Below, in pieces: positions 9,170-17,662 of a DNA stretch of 52,106 bases; the first letter of the stretch is position 1, and each line of letters begins with the position of its first letter. Under the pieces are notes generated by a model that made no database searches, was not told the DNA's origin, and was given only the letters and a program-made list of their open reading frames with translations. This DNA is from an uncultured Candidatus Saccharibacteria bacterium (lineage in GTDB: Bacteria; Patescibacteriota; Saccharimonadia; Saccharimonadales; CAZDBS01): contig CAZWNK010000002.1 in NCBI GenBank assembly GCA_964635445.1, forward strand, positions 1-52,106, written 5' to 3'. The translations under genes were made by a program, and so were the position numbers.

Positions 9170-9628
9170 ATGCGTTGTCCTCAATGCCGGAAGGCAGAGA
9201 CAAAAGTCATCGAATCGCGTGATGTGGCCGATGGAGAATCCATTCGCCGCCGACGCGAGTGTTTGGCATGTCAGTACCGATATACCACATACGAACGAAT
9301 CGAGCGACCACACCTCATGGTAGTGAAAAGCGACGGGACAAGAGAGTCGTTTAACCGCGATAAAATTCTCACTGGTCTCCGCCGGGCGTGCGAAAAAACA
9401 CCCGTTACCAATGCCCAGCTCGAGCAGGTCGTAGCCAATATTGAGAATCGGGTGTATGGATGTGGTGAGCCAGAGATTCATTCTCGTGACATCGGGCAAT
9501 ATGTCATGGACGAGCTCGCCAACTTGAATGAAGTTGCGTACGTGCGCTTCGCTAGCGTGTATCGACGGTTCAAAGACATTGCGAGTTTCGAAAAAGAACT
9601 GCGGACCATGCGCACCAAACATTCATGA
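9170..9628 (+). CDS. nrdR: Transcriptional repressor NrdR (Zn ribbon + ATP-cone)
   Basis: MRCPQCRKAETKVIESR...RRRRECLACQYRYTTYE followed by an ATP-cone. Confidence 0.95.
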   Translation: MRCPQCRKAETKVIESRDVADGESIRRRRECLACQYRYTTYERIERPHLMVVKSDGTRESFNRDKILTGLRRACEKTPVTNAQLEQVVANIENRVYGCGEPEIHSRDIGQYVMDELANLNEVAYVRFASVYRRFKDIASFEKELRTMRTKHS

Positions 9629-9795
9629 CGAAATAATCCTTGTGCTTTTGCATGAAAGGTATATAGTACGAAGCACCAAGGAGTAGTCGTTGCTACATGC
9701 TCGTATCTGAGGAGGAGAGGCCTTCGGATGTGAGTCGGCACAGGCTCCAAATAAAAAGTTCAAATTAAAATCAATCTAAGTGGGGGTAGAGAAAA

Positions 9796-12555
9796 ATGGC
9801 ACAACAAACAACAGGTTTGGGAGTTAAGAGGCACTTCACAAAAGCCGGACAAGATCCATATAGTTTACTCAAATGGGTCAAACGTGATTCGCTTATTTCC
9901 AATCCGATGACTGGCAAAGCAGTCTTTGAACAAAAAGGCGTCGAATTTCCTGACGACTGGTCGCTCAACGCGATCAATATCGTCGCACAGAAGTACTTCA
10001 CAGGCACTCCCGGCACTAAAGAGCGCGAAGCGTCACTCAAAACACTGATCAATCGTGTCGCCGATACGATTACACGCCATGGTCTACAAGAAGGTTATTT
10101 CGTTGGTGAAGCGGAGGCTGAAACGTTTAATGCCGAGCTCAAGTACATCCTCGCTACCCAACGAGCTGCTTTTAACTCACCTGTATGGTTTAATATCGGC
10201 GCTCCAGAGCGCTCACAGCAAGCTAGTGCTTGCTTCATCCTCCATGTCGATGACACCATGCCCTCAATCCTCAACTGGTACAAAGAAGAAGGCATGATTT
10301 TCAAGGGTGGATCAGGATCCGGCGTCAACGTCAGTACGCTTCGCTCGTCTCATGAACGTCTCGGTAAGAGTGCCGGCAAAGCGTCGGGACCGTTGAGCTT
10401 CATGCGCGGTGCCGACTCCTCAGCCGGCGCCATCAAGAGTGGCGGCAAGACTCGTCGTGCTGCCAAGATGGTGATCATGAACGCAGATCATCCAGATATC
10501 GAAGAATTTATCTGGTGCAAAGCGATTGAGGAGCGTAAGGCGCGTGTTCTCCAGGCGGCTGGTTTCGATATGAGCCTAGATGGCAAAGACATTTTCTCTG
10601 TGCAATATCAAAATGCTAACAACTCTGTCCGTGTCACAGACGATTTCATGAAAGCCGTCGAAGCAGACAAAGACTGGGAGCTCAAGGCTGTCACGACTGG
10701 CGAGACGATGAAAGTGGTCAAAGCTCGAGATCTCTTTCGCCAGATTGCTGAGTCAGCGTGGGAGTGTGCCGATCCAGGGATGCAATTTGATACGACCGTC
10801 AATCACTGGCACACGACGCCCAATGCTGGTCGCATCAGCGCCTCCAACCCATGCAGCGAATACATGCACTTGGATAACTCAGCATGTAATCTCGCATCGA
10901 TCAACTTGCTCAAATTCCTCAATGATAACGGCACGTTTGATATCGAAGCCTACAAGCATACGACTGAAATCATCTTCACCGCGCAAGAAATCCTTGTGGG
11001 TTATTCGGTCTATCCGACAGAAAACATCACCAAAAATGCCAAGGCCTACCGTGAGCTTGGTATCGGGTATGCGAATCTCGGCGCGTTGCTTATGGCGCAG
11101 GGTCTCCCATATGATTCAGATCAGGGTCGAGCACAAGCCGCAGCTCTCACGGCACTTCTGACGGGTCATAGCTATGCGACAAGCGCGCGTATTGCTCGAC
11201 GAGTTGGTCCATTTGCTGGCTACCACAAAGATCAAGAAGCGATGATCAATGTACTCAAAATGCATCGCGACGAAGTTCGCCACATCGACGCCTCGCTTGT
11301 ATCTGAAGATCTTTTGAGTGCCGCAGCCGCATCGTGGGATGAAGCTGTTGAACTTGGAGAACAATACGGTGTGCGTAACTCACAAGCAAGTCTGTTGGCA
11401 CCAACCGGCACTATCGGTCTCATGATGGACTGTGATACGACCGGTATCGAGCCGGACCTGGGCCTCACGAAAGTTAAAAAACTTGTCGGTGGCGGCACGA
11501 TGTTTATCGTCAACCAAACTGTCCCACGAGCCTTGAGAACACTTGGCTATACGGATGAGCAGATCAATGACATCGTCGCGTATATCGATACCGAGAAAAG
11601 TATCCTCGGTGCTCCACATCTACAAAAAGAGCACGAACCAGTCTTTGCTTGTTCTATGGGAGACAACGCGATTCATTATCTCGGTCACGTGAAGATGATG
11701 GCGGCCGTCCAGCCATTCCTCTCAGGTGCTATCAGCAAGACCGTCAACATGCCTGAAGAAGTCACCGTTGAGGAAGTCGAACAGCTTCATATGGACGCAT
11801 GGAAAATGGGTCTCAAGGCGGTCGCGATTTATCGTGATAACTGCAAAGTCGGACAACCTCTTTCTATGGCCAAAAAAGAGGGAAGTGAAGAAACAACCCC
11901 AGCAGCAGTTGCCGCATCGGTGTCTGAAGGATTTGTCGTCAAAGGTGCTGTCAAGCGAGAATTACCTCGTAAGCGAAACAGCAAGACCTTTGAATTCCAT
12001 ATCGCTGACCTCAAAGGGTTCTTCACGATTGGCGAATACGAAGATGGTACGCCGGGCGAGCTTTTCGTCAACGTTGCGAAGCAAGGCTCGACACTCTCAG
12101 GCCTCATGGACTCGTTCGCGATCTCGGTCAGTCATGGGTTGCAATATGGCGTACCGCTGAAAAGTTACGTGAAGACGCTGATGGGTACGAGCTTCGCACC
12201 CTCTGGCATCACTGATGATCCGGACATCCGTACTGCGTCATCGATCACTGACTATATCTTCCGACGGTTGTCACTTGAGTATCTATCATTCGACGATCGA
12301 CTTGAACTTGGCCTTGCGTCATTCGATGACATGCCGGTCGAAGAAGTCCAGACCTCGCTCCTCGATGAGCCAACTGACGCCAAGCCACAAGCTCCTGAAA
12401 CGCCGATTGTGGTCGCGGTCACCAAGGAAGCCCCAAAGAAAAGCTCAGTTGCCGACTCCACGGCACCACTGTGCTTCAACTGCGGCAACCAGACGCAGAA
12501 AGCTGGAAGTTGCTATGTCTGTAGTTCGTGTGGTTCTACCACGGGCTGTAGCTGA
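9796..12555 (+). CDS. nrdJ: Adenosylcobalamin-dependent (class II) ribonucleotide reductase
   Basis: 919 aa. Active-site NPCSEY and SACNLASINL. C-terminal Cys-rich tail CFNCGNQTQKAGSCYVCSSCGSTTGCS. Confidence 0.9.
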   Translation: MAQQTTGLGVKRHFTKAGQDPYSLLKWVKRDSLISNPMTGKAVFEQKGVEFPDDWSLNAINIVAQKYFTGTPGTKEREASLKTLINRVADTITRHGLQEGYFVGEAEAETFNAELKYILATQRAAFNSPVWFNIGAPERSQQASACFILHVDDTMPSILNWYKEEGMIFKGGSGSGVNVSTLRSSHERLGKSAGKASGPLSFMRGADSSAGAIKSGGKTRRAAKMVIMNADHPDIEEFIWCKAIEERKARVLQAAGFDMSLDGKDIFSVQYQNANNSVRVTDDFMKAVEADKDWELKAVTTGETMKVVKARDLFRQIAESAWECADPGMQFDTTVNHWHTTPNAGRISASNPCSEYMHLDNSACNLASINLLKFLNDNGTFDIEAYKHTTEIIFTAQEILVGYSVYPTENITKNAKAYRELGIGYANLGALLMAQGLPYDSDQGRAQAAALTALLTGHSYATSARIARRVGPFAGYHKDQEAMINVLKMHRDEVRHIDASLVSEDLLSAAAASWDEAVELGEQYGVRNSQASLLAPTGTIGLMMDCDTTGIEPDLGLTKVKKLVGGGTMFIVNQTVPRALRTLGYTDEQINDIVAYIDTEKSILGAPHLQKEHEPVFACSMGDNAIHYLGHVKMMAAVQPFLSGAISKTVNMPEEVTVEEVEQLHMDAWKMGLKAVAIYRDNCKVGQPLSMAKKEGSEETTPAAVAASVSEGFVVKGAVKRELPRKRNSKTFEFHIADLKGFFTIGEYEDGTPGELFVNVAKQGSTLSGLMDSFAISVSHGLQYGVPLKSYVKTLMGTSFAPSGITDDPDIRTASSITDYIFRRLSLEYLSFDDRLELGLASFDDMPVEEVQTSLLDEPTDAKPQAPETPIVVAVTKEAPKKSSVADSTAPLCFNCGNQTQKAGSCYVCSSCGSTTGCS

Positions 12556-12752
12556 GAAAAATTCACCGCATGAGCCTGCTGCCCAGAAGAGCTAGGCACG
12601 CCGCTCATGTTCTCGGGGTATTGCGGTGTCGACCGCTCCGGTTCGCACTCATCGTATTCTATGATACGAATCGTTTGCGCTCCTCGCGCTCTCCTAGCAC
12701 TACCCTCGAGTGAAATTCTCTCAGCACCATGTCTGATGTATACTTGTAACCA

Positions 12753-13025
12753 ATGAAAGCATTAGTCTTTTATCGGCCGCAGACTGAGTACGAAACTGAA
12801 GTCCTGGGATATGTCCGGGACTTCAGTCGTGCACATCCAGAAGCAGATATTGAACTAGTCAATCTGAATACCCAAATGGGGACGAGACAAGCCGAGGTCT
12901 ACGGTGTTGTCGAATATCCCGCCATACTTGCCATCAAAGAAGACGATGGATCAGTCATCAATATGTGGCAGGGAAGACCACTACCGCTCATGGATGAACT
13001 CGCCGCTCACATCGTAACTATCTGA
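12753..13025 (+). CDS. Small thioredoxin-fold-like protein without any cysteine
   Basis: 90 aa. The beta-alpha-beta pattern and EYPAILAIKEDDGSVINMWQG resemble the cis-Pro region of thioredoxins. The position of CxxC is occupied by RPQTEYE. TGTATACT lies 8 nt upstream of the ATG. Confidence 0.6.
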   Translation: MKALVFYRPQTEYETEVLGYVRDFSRAHPEADIELVNLNTQMGTRQAEVYGVVEYPAILAIKEDDGSVINMWQGRPLPLMDELAAHIVTI

Positions 13026-13070
13026 TATTGTGTTGTTTGATTGCTTGGACTATAGTTAATCACAAGCATT

Positions 13071-14420
13071 ATGAGGGGTAGAATAGCTTATATTTTTCGT
13101 TCCATCGCAACGTTAACGATTGCTCTATTTCTATCTTCTCAATCACTTTTACTCTTCTTCGCGCCGAAAGCCTATGCTGAGGCGCCGTATTTGGCATCCG
13201 ATGTTTTAGGGCAAACAGATAGAAATGGCAACCCTGTGTTTAACAAAAATGAGTATAATAACGGCCAGCTCAAACCAGGTGCCACGGGACTTGATAGTCC
13301 ACAATCACCGGTAATAGATACTGTAGATCACCGTCTTTTTGTGGTTGATAGAGCGAATAACAGAGTGCTTGTGTACCAACTCAATAGCAACAATCTTTTA
13401 ACAGATAGAATTGCCGATTTTGTTCTTGGCCAAGCCGATTTTACCGGTAATAGCCCAAACTTTAGTCAAAATACATTCAATCAACCAGCCGGACTCGCAT
13501 ATGACACACTAAACCATTATCTTTTTGTATCTGATAGCACCAGGGTGGTGGTCTTTGATCTGTCTGGGGGTATCACAAATGGAATGAACGCCAGTTTTAT
13601 CTTGGGTCAAGCGGATTTTTCATTAGGTGGTGGTTATAGCTGTACGGCAGGCGGTTCAAGTGCGGGGGCTGCCTTACTATACGAAGCATCCCAGAAACAC
13701 CTCTACGTGGTTGATAAGAGCATGTATCGGGTGGTGGTCTTTGATCTGTCTGGGGGTATCACAAATGGAATGAACGCCAGCTATGTACTTGGGCAGCCGG
13801 ATCTTACTACGTGTTCGGGCCCAGATTCAAATGCGAAAGGGTTTCGATTTTATAATGAAAATAGTGGGCTAGCGTACGACAGCAATCATGGCTATTTGTA
13901 TGTTGCTGACACTCAAAATTATCGTGTACTTGTTTTCGATATGTCGGGTGGAATTTCCAATAATATGGATGCCAGCTATGTTCTCGGACAGGCTAATTTT
14001 ACTGATAATGCATCGTCGGGTGGTGACGCGAAAGGTTTTAATAATGGTGGGTCTGGAGTGGGAACGTTAGTATACGACAACACGAACAATTTGCTTTATG
14101 CTTCCGATACTTGGAATGGCCGTGTACTTGTTTTCGATATGTCGGGTGGAATTTCCAATAATATGGATGCCAGCTATGTGCTCGGGCAGAGTGACCTTAC
14201 TTCAATAGCTTGGGGCACGACATCAGCCGACTTGGGTGGACCGGCGGGTATTGCTTATGATGAAGCTCATCAGGTGCTCTTTTTGGCTGATATCCACAAC
14301 CGAGTGCTGGAATTTGATGTATCAAGCGGTATTGTCAATCATCTCGCAGCTATAGATGTACTTGGGCAAACAGACGTAAGTGGCACCCTAATTTCAATAG
14401 CGGAAATCGGAACAACATAG
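13071..14420 (+). CDS. NHL-repeat secreted protein; N-terminal part of a frameshift-split surface protein gene
   Basis: Signal peptide IATLTIALFLSSQSLLLFFAPKAYA. Repeated blades (RVLVFDMSGGISNNMDASYVLGQ). The ORF ends 12 codons after a frame break at the CCC run 14386-14388. Confidence 0.8.
   Translation: MRGRIAYIFRSIATLTIALFLSSQSLLLFFAPKAYAEAPYLASDVLGQTDRNGNPVFNKNEYNNGQLKPGATGLDSPQSPVIDTVDHRLFVVDRANNRVLVYQLNSNNLLTDRIADFVLGQADFTGNSPNFSQNTFNQPAGLAYDTLNHYLFVSDSTRVVVFDLSGGITNGMNASFILGQADFSLGGGYSCTAGGSSAGAALLYEASQKHLYVVDKSMYRVVVFDLSGGITNGMNASYVLGQPDLTTCSGPDSNAKGFRFYNENSGLAYDSNHGYLYVADTQNYRVLVFDMSGGISNNMDASYVLGQANFTDNASSGGDAKGFNNGGSGVGTLVYDNTNNLLYASDTWNGRVLVFDMSGGISNNMDASYVLGQSDLTSIAWGTTSADLGGPAGIAYDEAHQVLFLADIHNRVLEFDVSSGIVNHLAAIDVLGQTDVSGTLISIAEIGTT
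13544..13780 (+). repeat. Exact 52-nt direct repeat pair inside the NHL gene
   Basis: gggtggtggtctttgatctgtctgggggtatcacaaatggaatgaacgccag at 13544-13595 and at 13729-13780. Confidence 0.85.
13923..14179 (+). repeat. Exact 59-nt direct repeat pair inside the NHL gene
   Basis: cgtgtacttgttttcgatatgtcgggtggaatttccaataatatggatgccagctatgt at 13923-13981 and at 14121-14179. Confidence 0.85.
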
Positions 14421-14488
14421 ATACTTCGACCATTACTTCAAATGGTTTTTCACTTTCGGGTAATGGGAGTGGGGTAGAAATCGACACA

Positions 14489-16087
14489 GTGCATCATAGG
14501 TTATTTACAAGCGATGGTAGCAATTACCGAATATTGGTGTATAACCTCGATAACAGCAATAATCTCATTGACCATAATGCCGATTATGTTCTGGGTTGTT
14601 CGAGTCTCACAGACCGAACGTGCAGTGGCCAGAACTTTGACTACATGGACTATATGCCCGCGCCCGCCTACGATCCCGTCAATGATCGCCTGTTTGTGCT
14701 CGACCCATATGACTGGTGTCGTGTCTTGGTGTTTGACTTGTCTAACGGTATCACCAACGGCATGGACGCTAGTAATGTCATTGGACAGGATGATTTTTCG
14801 ACCAGTGACTGCAACAGCGTTTCGGCAAGTCACTTTGGTACTTCATATTATGGAGCTCTTGCGCTTGACACCTCTTCGCAGTATTTATTTGTCACCGATA
14901 CATACAGTAACTATCGTATTCTGGCCTTTGATGTCTCGCCTGGCAACATCCATAACGGTATGGATGCGAGCTATGTGATCGGTCAGAGCGACCTTACATC
15001 GAACGATTATGGTGGTTGTGATATTAATCTGGTACACGATGGTTATGGCATGGGCTTGGTCGTAGATTCGGTCAATCATCGCCTCTTTTACGCGAATGGC
15101 TATGAATGCTATAACGTCCTTGTCTATGATGTTTCGCCAGACAGCATTCACAATGGTATGGATGCGAGTTATGTGCTGGGATGTGTAGACTTCACATGTA
15201 ATGATTATGGGAATGCGGGTGATTGGGGATATTTGAACGCGTATGGCGGCTTGGCGTATGATCCAGATCAGCAGCTGCTCTATGTCAACGATTACTATTA
15301 CCGAGTTCTTATTTTTGACGTAAAGACTATCACTAATGGTGAAGATCCAATTGGTGTCCTCGGCGAGCCAGACATCTACACCACAAGTCCTACAGACCTC
15401 TCTCAGTTGAGTCTATATATCGATTATTATTCTGGCAATTCCACGTTCGATCCGACTAATAGAAGGTTGTATGTAACTGACGACTATAACAACCGCTATC
15501 TCATATTTGATTTCGCTCATCTCCTCTCTGCTTCCAATGGTACGGTAGGTACTACCTACACTCAGTCTCTCGGCGCTGGCACCCAAGGCACAACTACCTT
15601 TACTCTCGACTCAGGCTCTCTTCCTCCTGGTCTAACCCTCAATACAACAACCGGCACACTCTCTGGTACGCCTACAACCCCAGGATCCTATACCTTCACC
15701 ATCTCCGTTTCAGATGACAATGGTACTGTCGGTACCTACACTGACACCAAATCCTACGTACTCGGCATCGCTGCAACTACTTCTAATAACTCAACCACGA
15801 CTACCGCTACAACCACCACCACGACAACCAACACAACCTCATCCTCAATCGTAGACACAACTAATGAACAAGTCGCTCAAACCGACACTGAAACCATTCC
15901 AGACACTACATCCTCACCAACAACCCCAACTACATCCTCCACGAAACCAACCCCCGCTCCACAGACAACGACGCAAACATCTAGCTCAGTACTCTGGTGG
16001 GGCGTAGGGGGAGTGTCGCTCTTCCTAATATTGATCCTCATAGGGATGTTGGTAGTGAAGGGGGAGTGGAGTTTGACGAGAGAGTAA
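14489..16087 (+). CDS. NHL-repeat / Ig-domain / TM-anchored surface protein; C-terminal part of the frameshift-split gene
   Basis: The listed start is a GTG with no signal peptide. The same frame stays open upstream back to about 14384 and reads PNFNSGNRNNIDTSTITSNGFSLSGNGSGVEIDTVHHRLF. The C-terminus is paralogous to 1..4257 (LPPGLTLNTTTGTLSGTPTTPGSYTFTISVSD, T-rich linker, VLWWGVGGVSLF TM). Confidence 0.8.
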   Translation: MHHRLFTSDGSNYRILVYNLDNSNNLIDHNADYVLGCSSLTDRTCSGQNFDYMDYMPAPAYDPVNDRLFVLDPYDWCRVLVFDLSNGITNGMDASNVIGQDDFSTSDCNSVSASHFGTSYYGALALDTSSQYLFVTDTYSNYRILAFDVSPGNIHNGMDASYVIGQSDLTSNDYGGCDINLVHDGYGMGLVVDSVNHRLFYANGYECYNVLVYDVSPDSIHNGMDASYVLGCVDFTCNDYGNAGDWGYLNAYGGLAYDPDQQLLYVNDYYYRVLIFDVKTITNGEDPIGVLGEPDIYTTSPTDLSQLSLYIDYYSGNSTFDPTNRRLYVTDDYNNRYLIFDFAHLLSASNGTVGTTYTQSLGAGTQGTTTFTLDSGSLPPGLTLNTTTGTLSGTPTTPGSYTFTISVSDDNGTVGTYTDTKSYVLGIAATTSNNSTTTTATTTTTTTNTTSSSIVDTTNEQVAQTDTETIPDTTSSPTTPTTSSTKPTPAPQTTTQTSSSVLWWGVGGVSLFLILILIGMLVVKGEWSLTRE

Positions 16088-16132
16088 GCATAAGCTACAC
16101 TTCAGTAAGCATTTTATTGAAGGGCAAAACAC

Positions 16133-17575
16133 GTGATAAAACAGTTAAAACAAAAAGCACGCTCACATGTGTCAGCAACCAAGACAGGGCTCATAGCCAT
16201 CGTCGTATCTTGTAATTTGTTGGTATTTGCCGGCGTGTCATTTGCTGGTACCGTGACTATCACGGAAGGACAAGCATTGCAGGGAAATATCCCTGATGCG
16301 TTCGACACATCCATCTGTACTATTACGTACAATCCTTCGCTCAGTACGGTATGGCCAGTCGGTACGCATACTTTGTCGGCGCACTGTACACCAAAAGATC
16401 CTACTAAGTATGATTCTGCTGATGCGACATTGACTGTCGTTGTCCAGGCTAAGGCAACAACTCCACCTCCGACCACGACCCCAACAACTCCCACGACAAC
16501 ACCAACGACCACCAAACCGACCCAAACAGTCAAAAACCCAACAAGCTATATACCGACTCGCCCAACGACGACCACAACCCCAACTCCTGTCGTCACGACA
16601 ACACCAGCACCAACGCCAACCTCAATCTTGATCACAGACATCGTCTTGGCAAAAACAGGCCGAGATAGTGTGACGTTATCGTGGAAAACAAATGTTGCCA
16701 CGAAGGGCACTCTGTCATACGGGCTCGATACATCGTACGGACAGACGCAGTCCGAAAGTACGTCGACGACCGACCATAGCTTGGCCTTGCCGGCTGGGTC
16801 GTTGCAACCTGGTACGTCATACAACGCCATGATCTCTGCGTCAGATGATAAGGGTAATAAAGGTGATAGCGCCAACTTCAAGTTTCGAACGACAGGGTAT
16901 TTGGTCAATGTTCGTGTGGTAGGTCTCGATGGCAAACCGGTACCCGCAGGAGCAAGTGTTAAATTCGGAGATCTCGAAGCGCAAACAACTGATGCGGGAA
17001 TTGCATATTTCACCGATGCACCTGCCGGTTCGCAATCTGTTTCTTATACCGTTGGCTCAGTAACAGGGCAAGCAACGATCGAAGTCCAGACAAATAACGG
17101 CGAGCTTCCGCAAGATTTCACGGTCACGGCTAACTACGGTAAAGCCGCCAAAAAAACCGGGAGCATCATACTTATCATCGGCGGTCTTCTTCTCGTGCTT
17201 CTCCTCGTATTCTTCCTCATATTCTGGTTGCTCAAACGACGCAATAACGATGGTGGCGACGAAACTGGTGGGTACGATCCAGAAGAATTTTTCCAGACAT
17301 ACAACAATACGTATGGCAATCCCACCAACCCCGAACAACCGACGGATCAAAGTTATACACAGAGCTACGACCAACCGAATAACAATCAATATATGCCCCC
17401 AACTCCTGCGGCCCCTGCGATGCCAGAAGCGCCCATGCCTCCAGCAGTGCCGACTACCGAACCACAACCGCAAACTCCATACGAAGCACCGGTCCCTGGT
17501 GATGTCTATGCGCCAGCACCGCCACAGACTCCAACCGATCCCTTCAACCCGCAAGCACCGCCACCTATCCAGTAA
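16133..17575 (+). CDS. Membrane-anchored surface protein: signal peptide, Thr/Pro linkers, FN3-like and beta-sandwich domains, TM, Pro/Gln-rich cytoplasmic tail
   Basis: N-terminal hydrophobic LIAIVVSCNLLVFAGVSFAG. DSVTLSWKTNVATKGTLSYG...TSYNAMISASD is FN3-like. TM IILIIGGLLLVLLLVFFLIFWLLKRR, then about 95 aa of P/Q/Y-rich tail. GTG start uncertain. Confidence 0.7.
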   Translation: MIKQLKQKARSHVSATKTGLIAIVVSCNLLVFAGVSFAGTVTITEGQALQGNIPDAFDTSICTITYNPSLSTVWPVGTHTLSAHCTPKDPTKYDSADATLTVVVQAKATTPPPTTTPTTPTTTPTTTKPTQTVKNPTSYIPTRPTTTTTPTPVVTTTPAPTPTSILITDIVLAKTGRDSVTLSWKTNVATKGTLSYGLDTSYGQTQSESTSTTDHSLALPAGSLQPGTSYNAMISASDDKGNKGDSANFKFRTTGYLVNVRVVGLDGKPVPAGASVKFGDLEAQTTDAGIAYFTDAPAGSQSVSYTVGSVTGQATIEVQTNNGELPQDFTVTANYGKAAKKTGSIILIIGGLLLVLLLVFFLIFWLLKRRNNDGGDETGGYDPEEFFQTYNNTYGNPTNPEQPTDQSYTQSYDQPNNNQYMPPTPAAPAMPEAPMPPAVPTTEPQPQTPYEAPVPGDVYAPAPPQTPTDPFNPQAPPPIQ

Positions 17576-17662
17576 CGAAACGCCAAGCGTGAGACATGTA
17601 TTTTCGTGAAAAGCGAAACATGGTATGCTTATGGTTGAGAAAATGAGGGACAAAACAGAAAT

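Noticed and set aside
9629-9795. Possible cobalamin riboswitch or NrdR boxes in the 167-nt nrdR-nrdJ spacer
   Set aside because: No B12-box-like core is recognisable, and a B12-dependent RNR is not the usual riboswitch target. The best NrdR-like match (GTATATAG, near 9659) fits only about 7/10 core positions, and there is no phased partner about 32 bp away. A 12-bp stem (TCCTTGTGCTT/AAGCACCAAGGA) exists but is not diagnostic.
13544-14179. CRISPR-like regularly spaced exact repeats
   Set aside because: The repeats are in frame within a continuous NHL-repeat coding sequence. There are only two copies of each, the 'spacers' are homologous to each other, and no cas genes are present.
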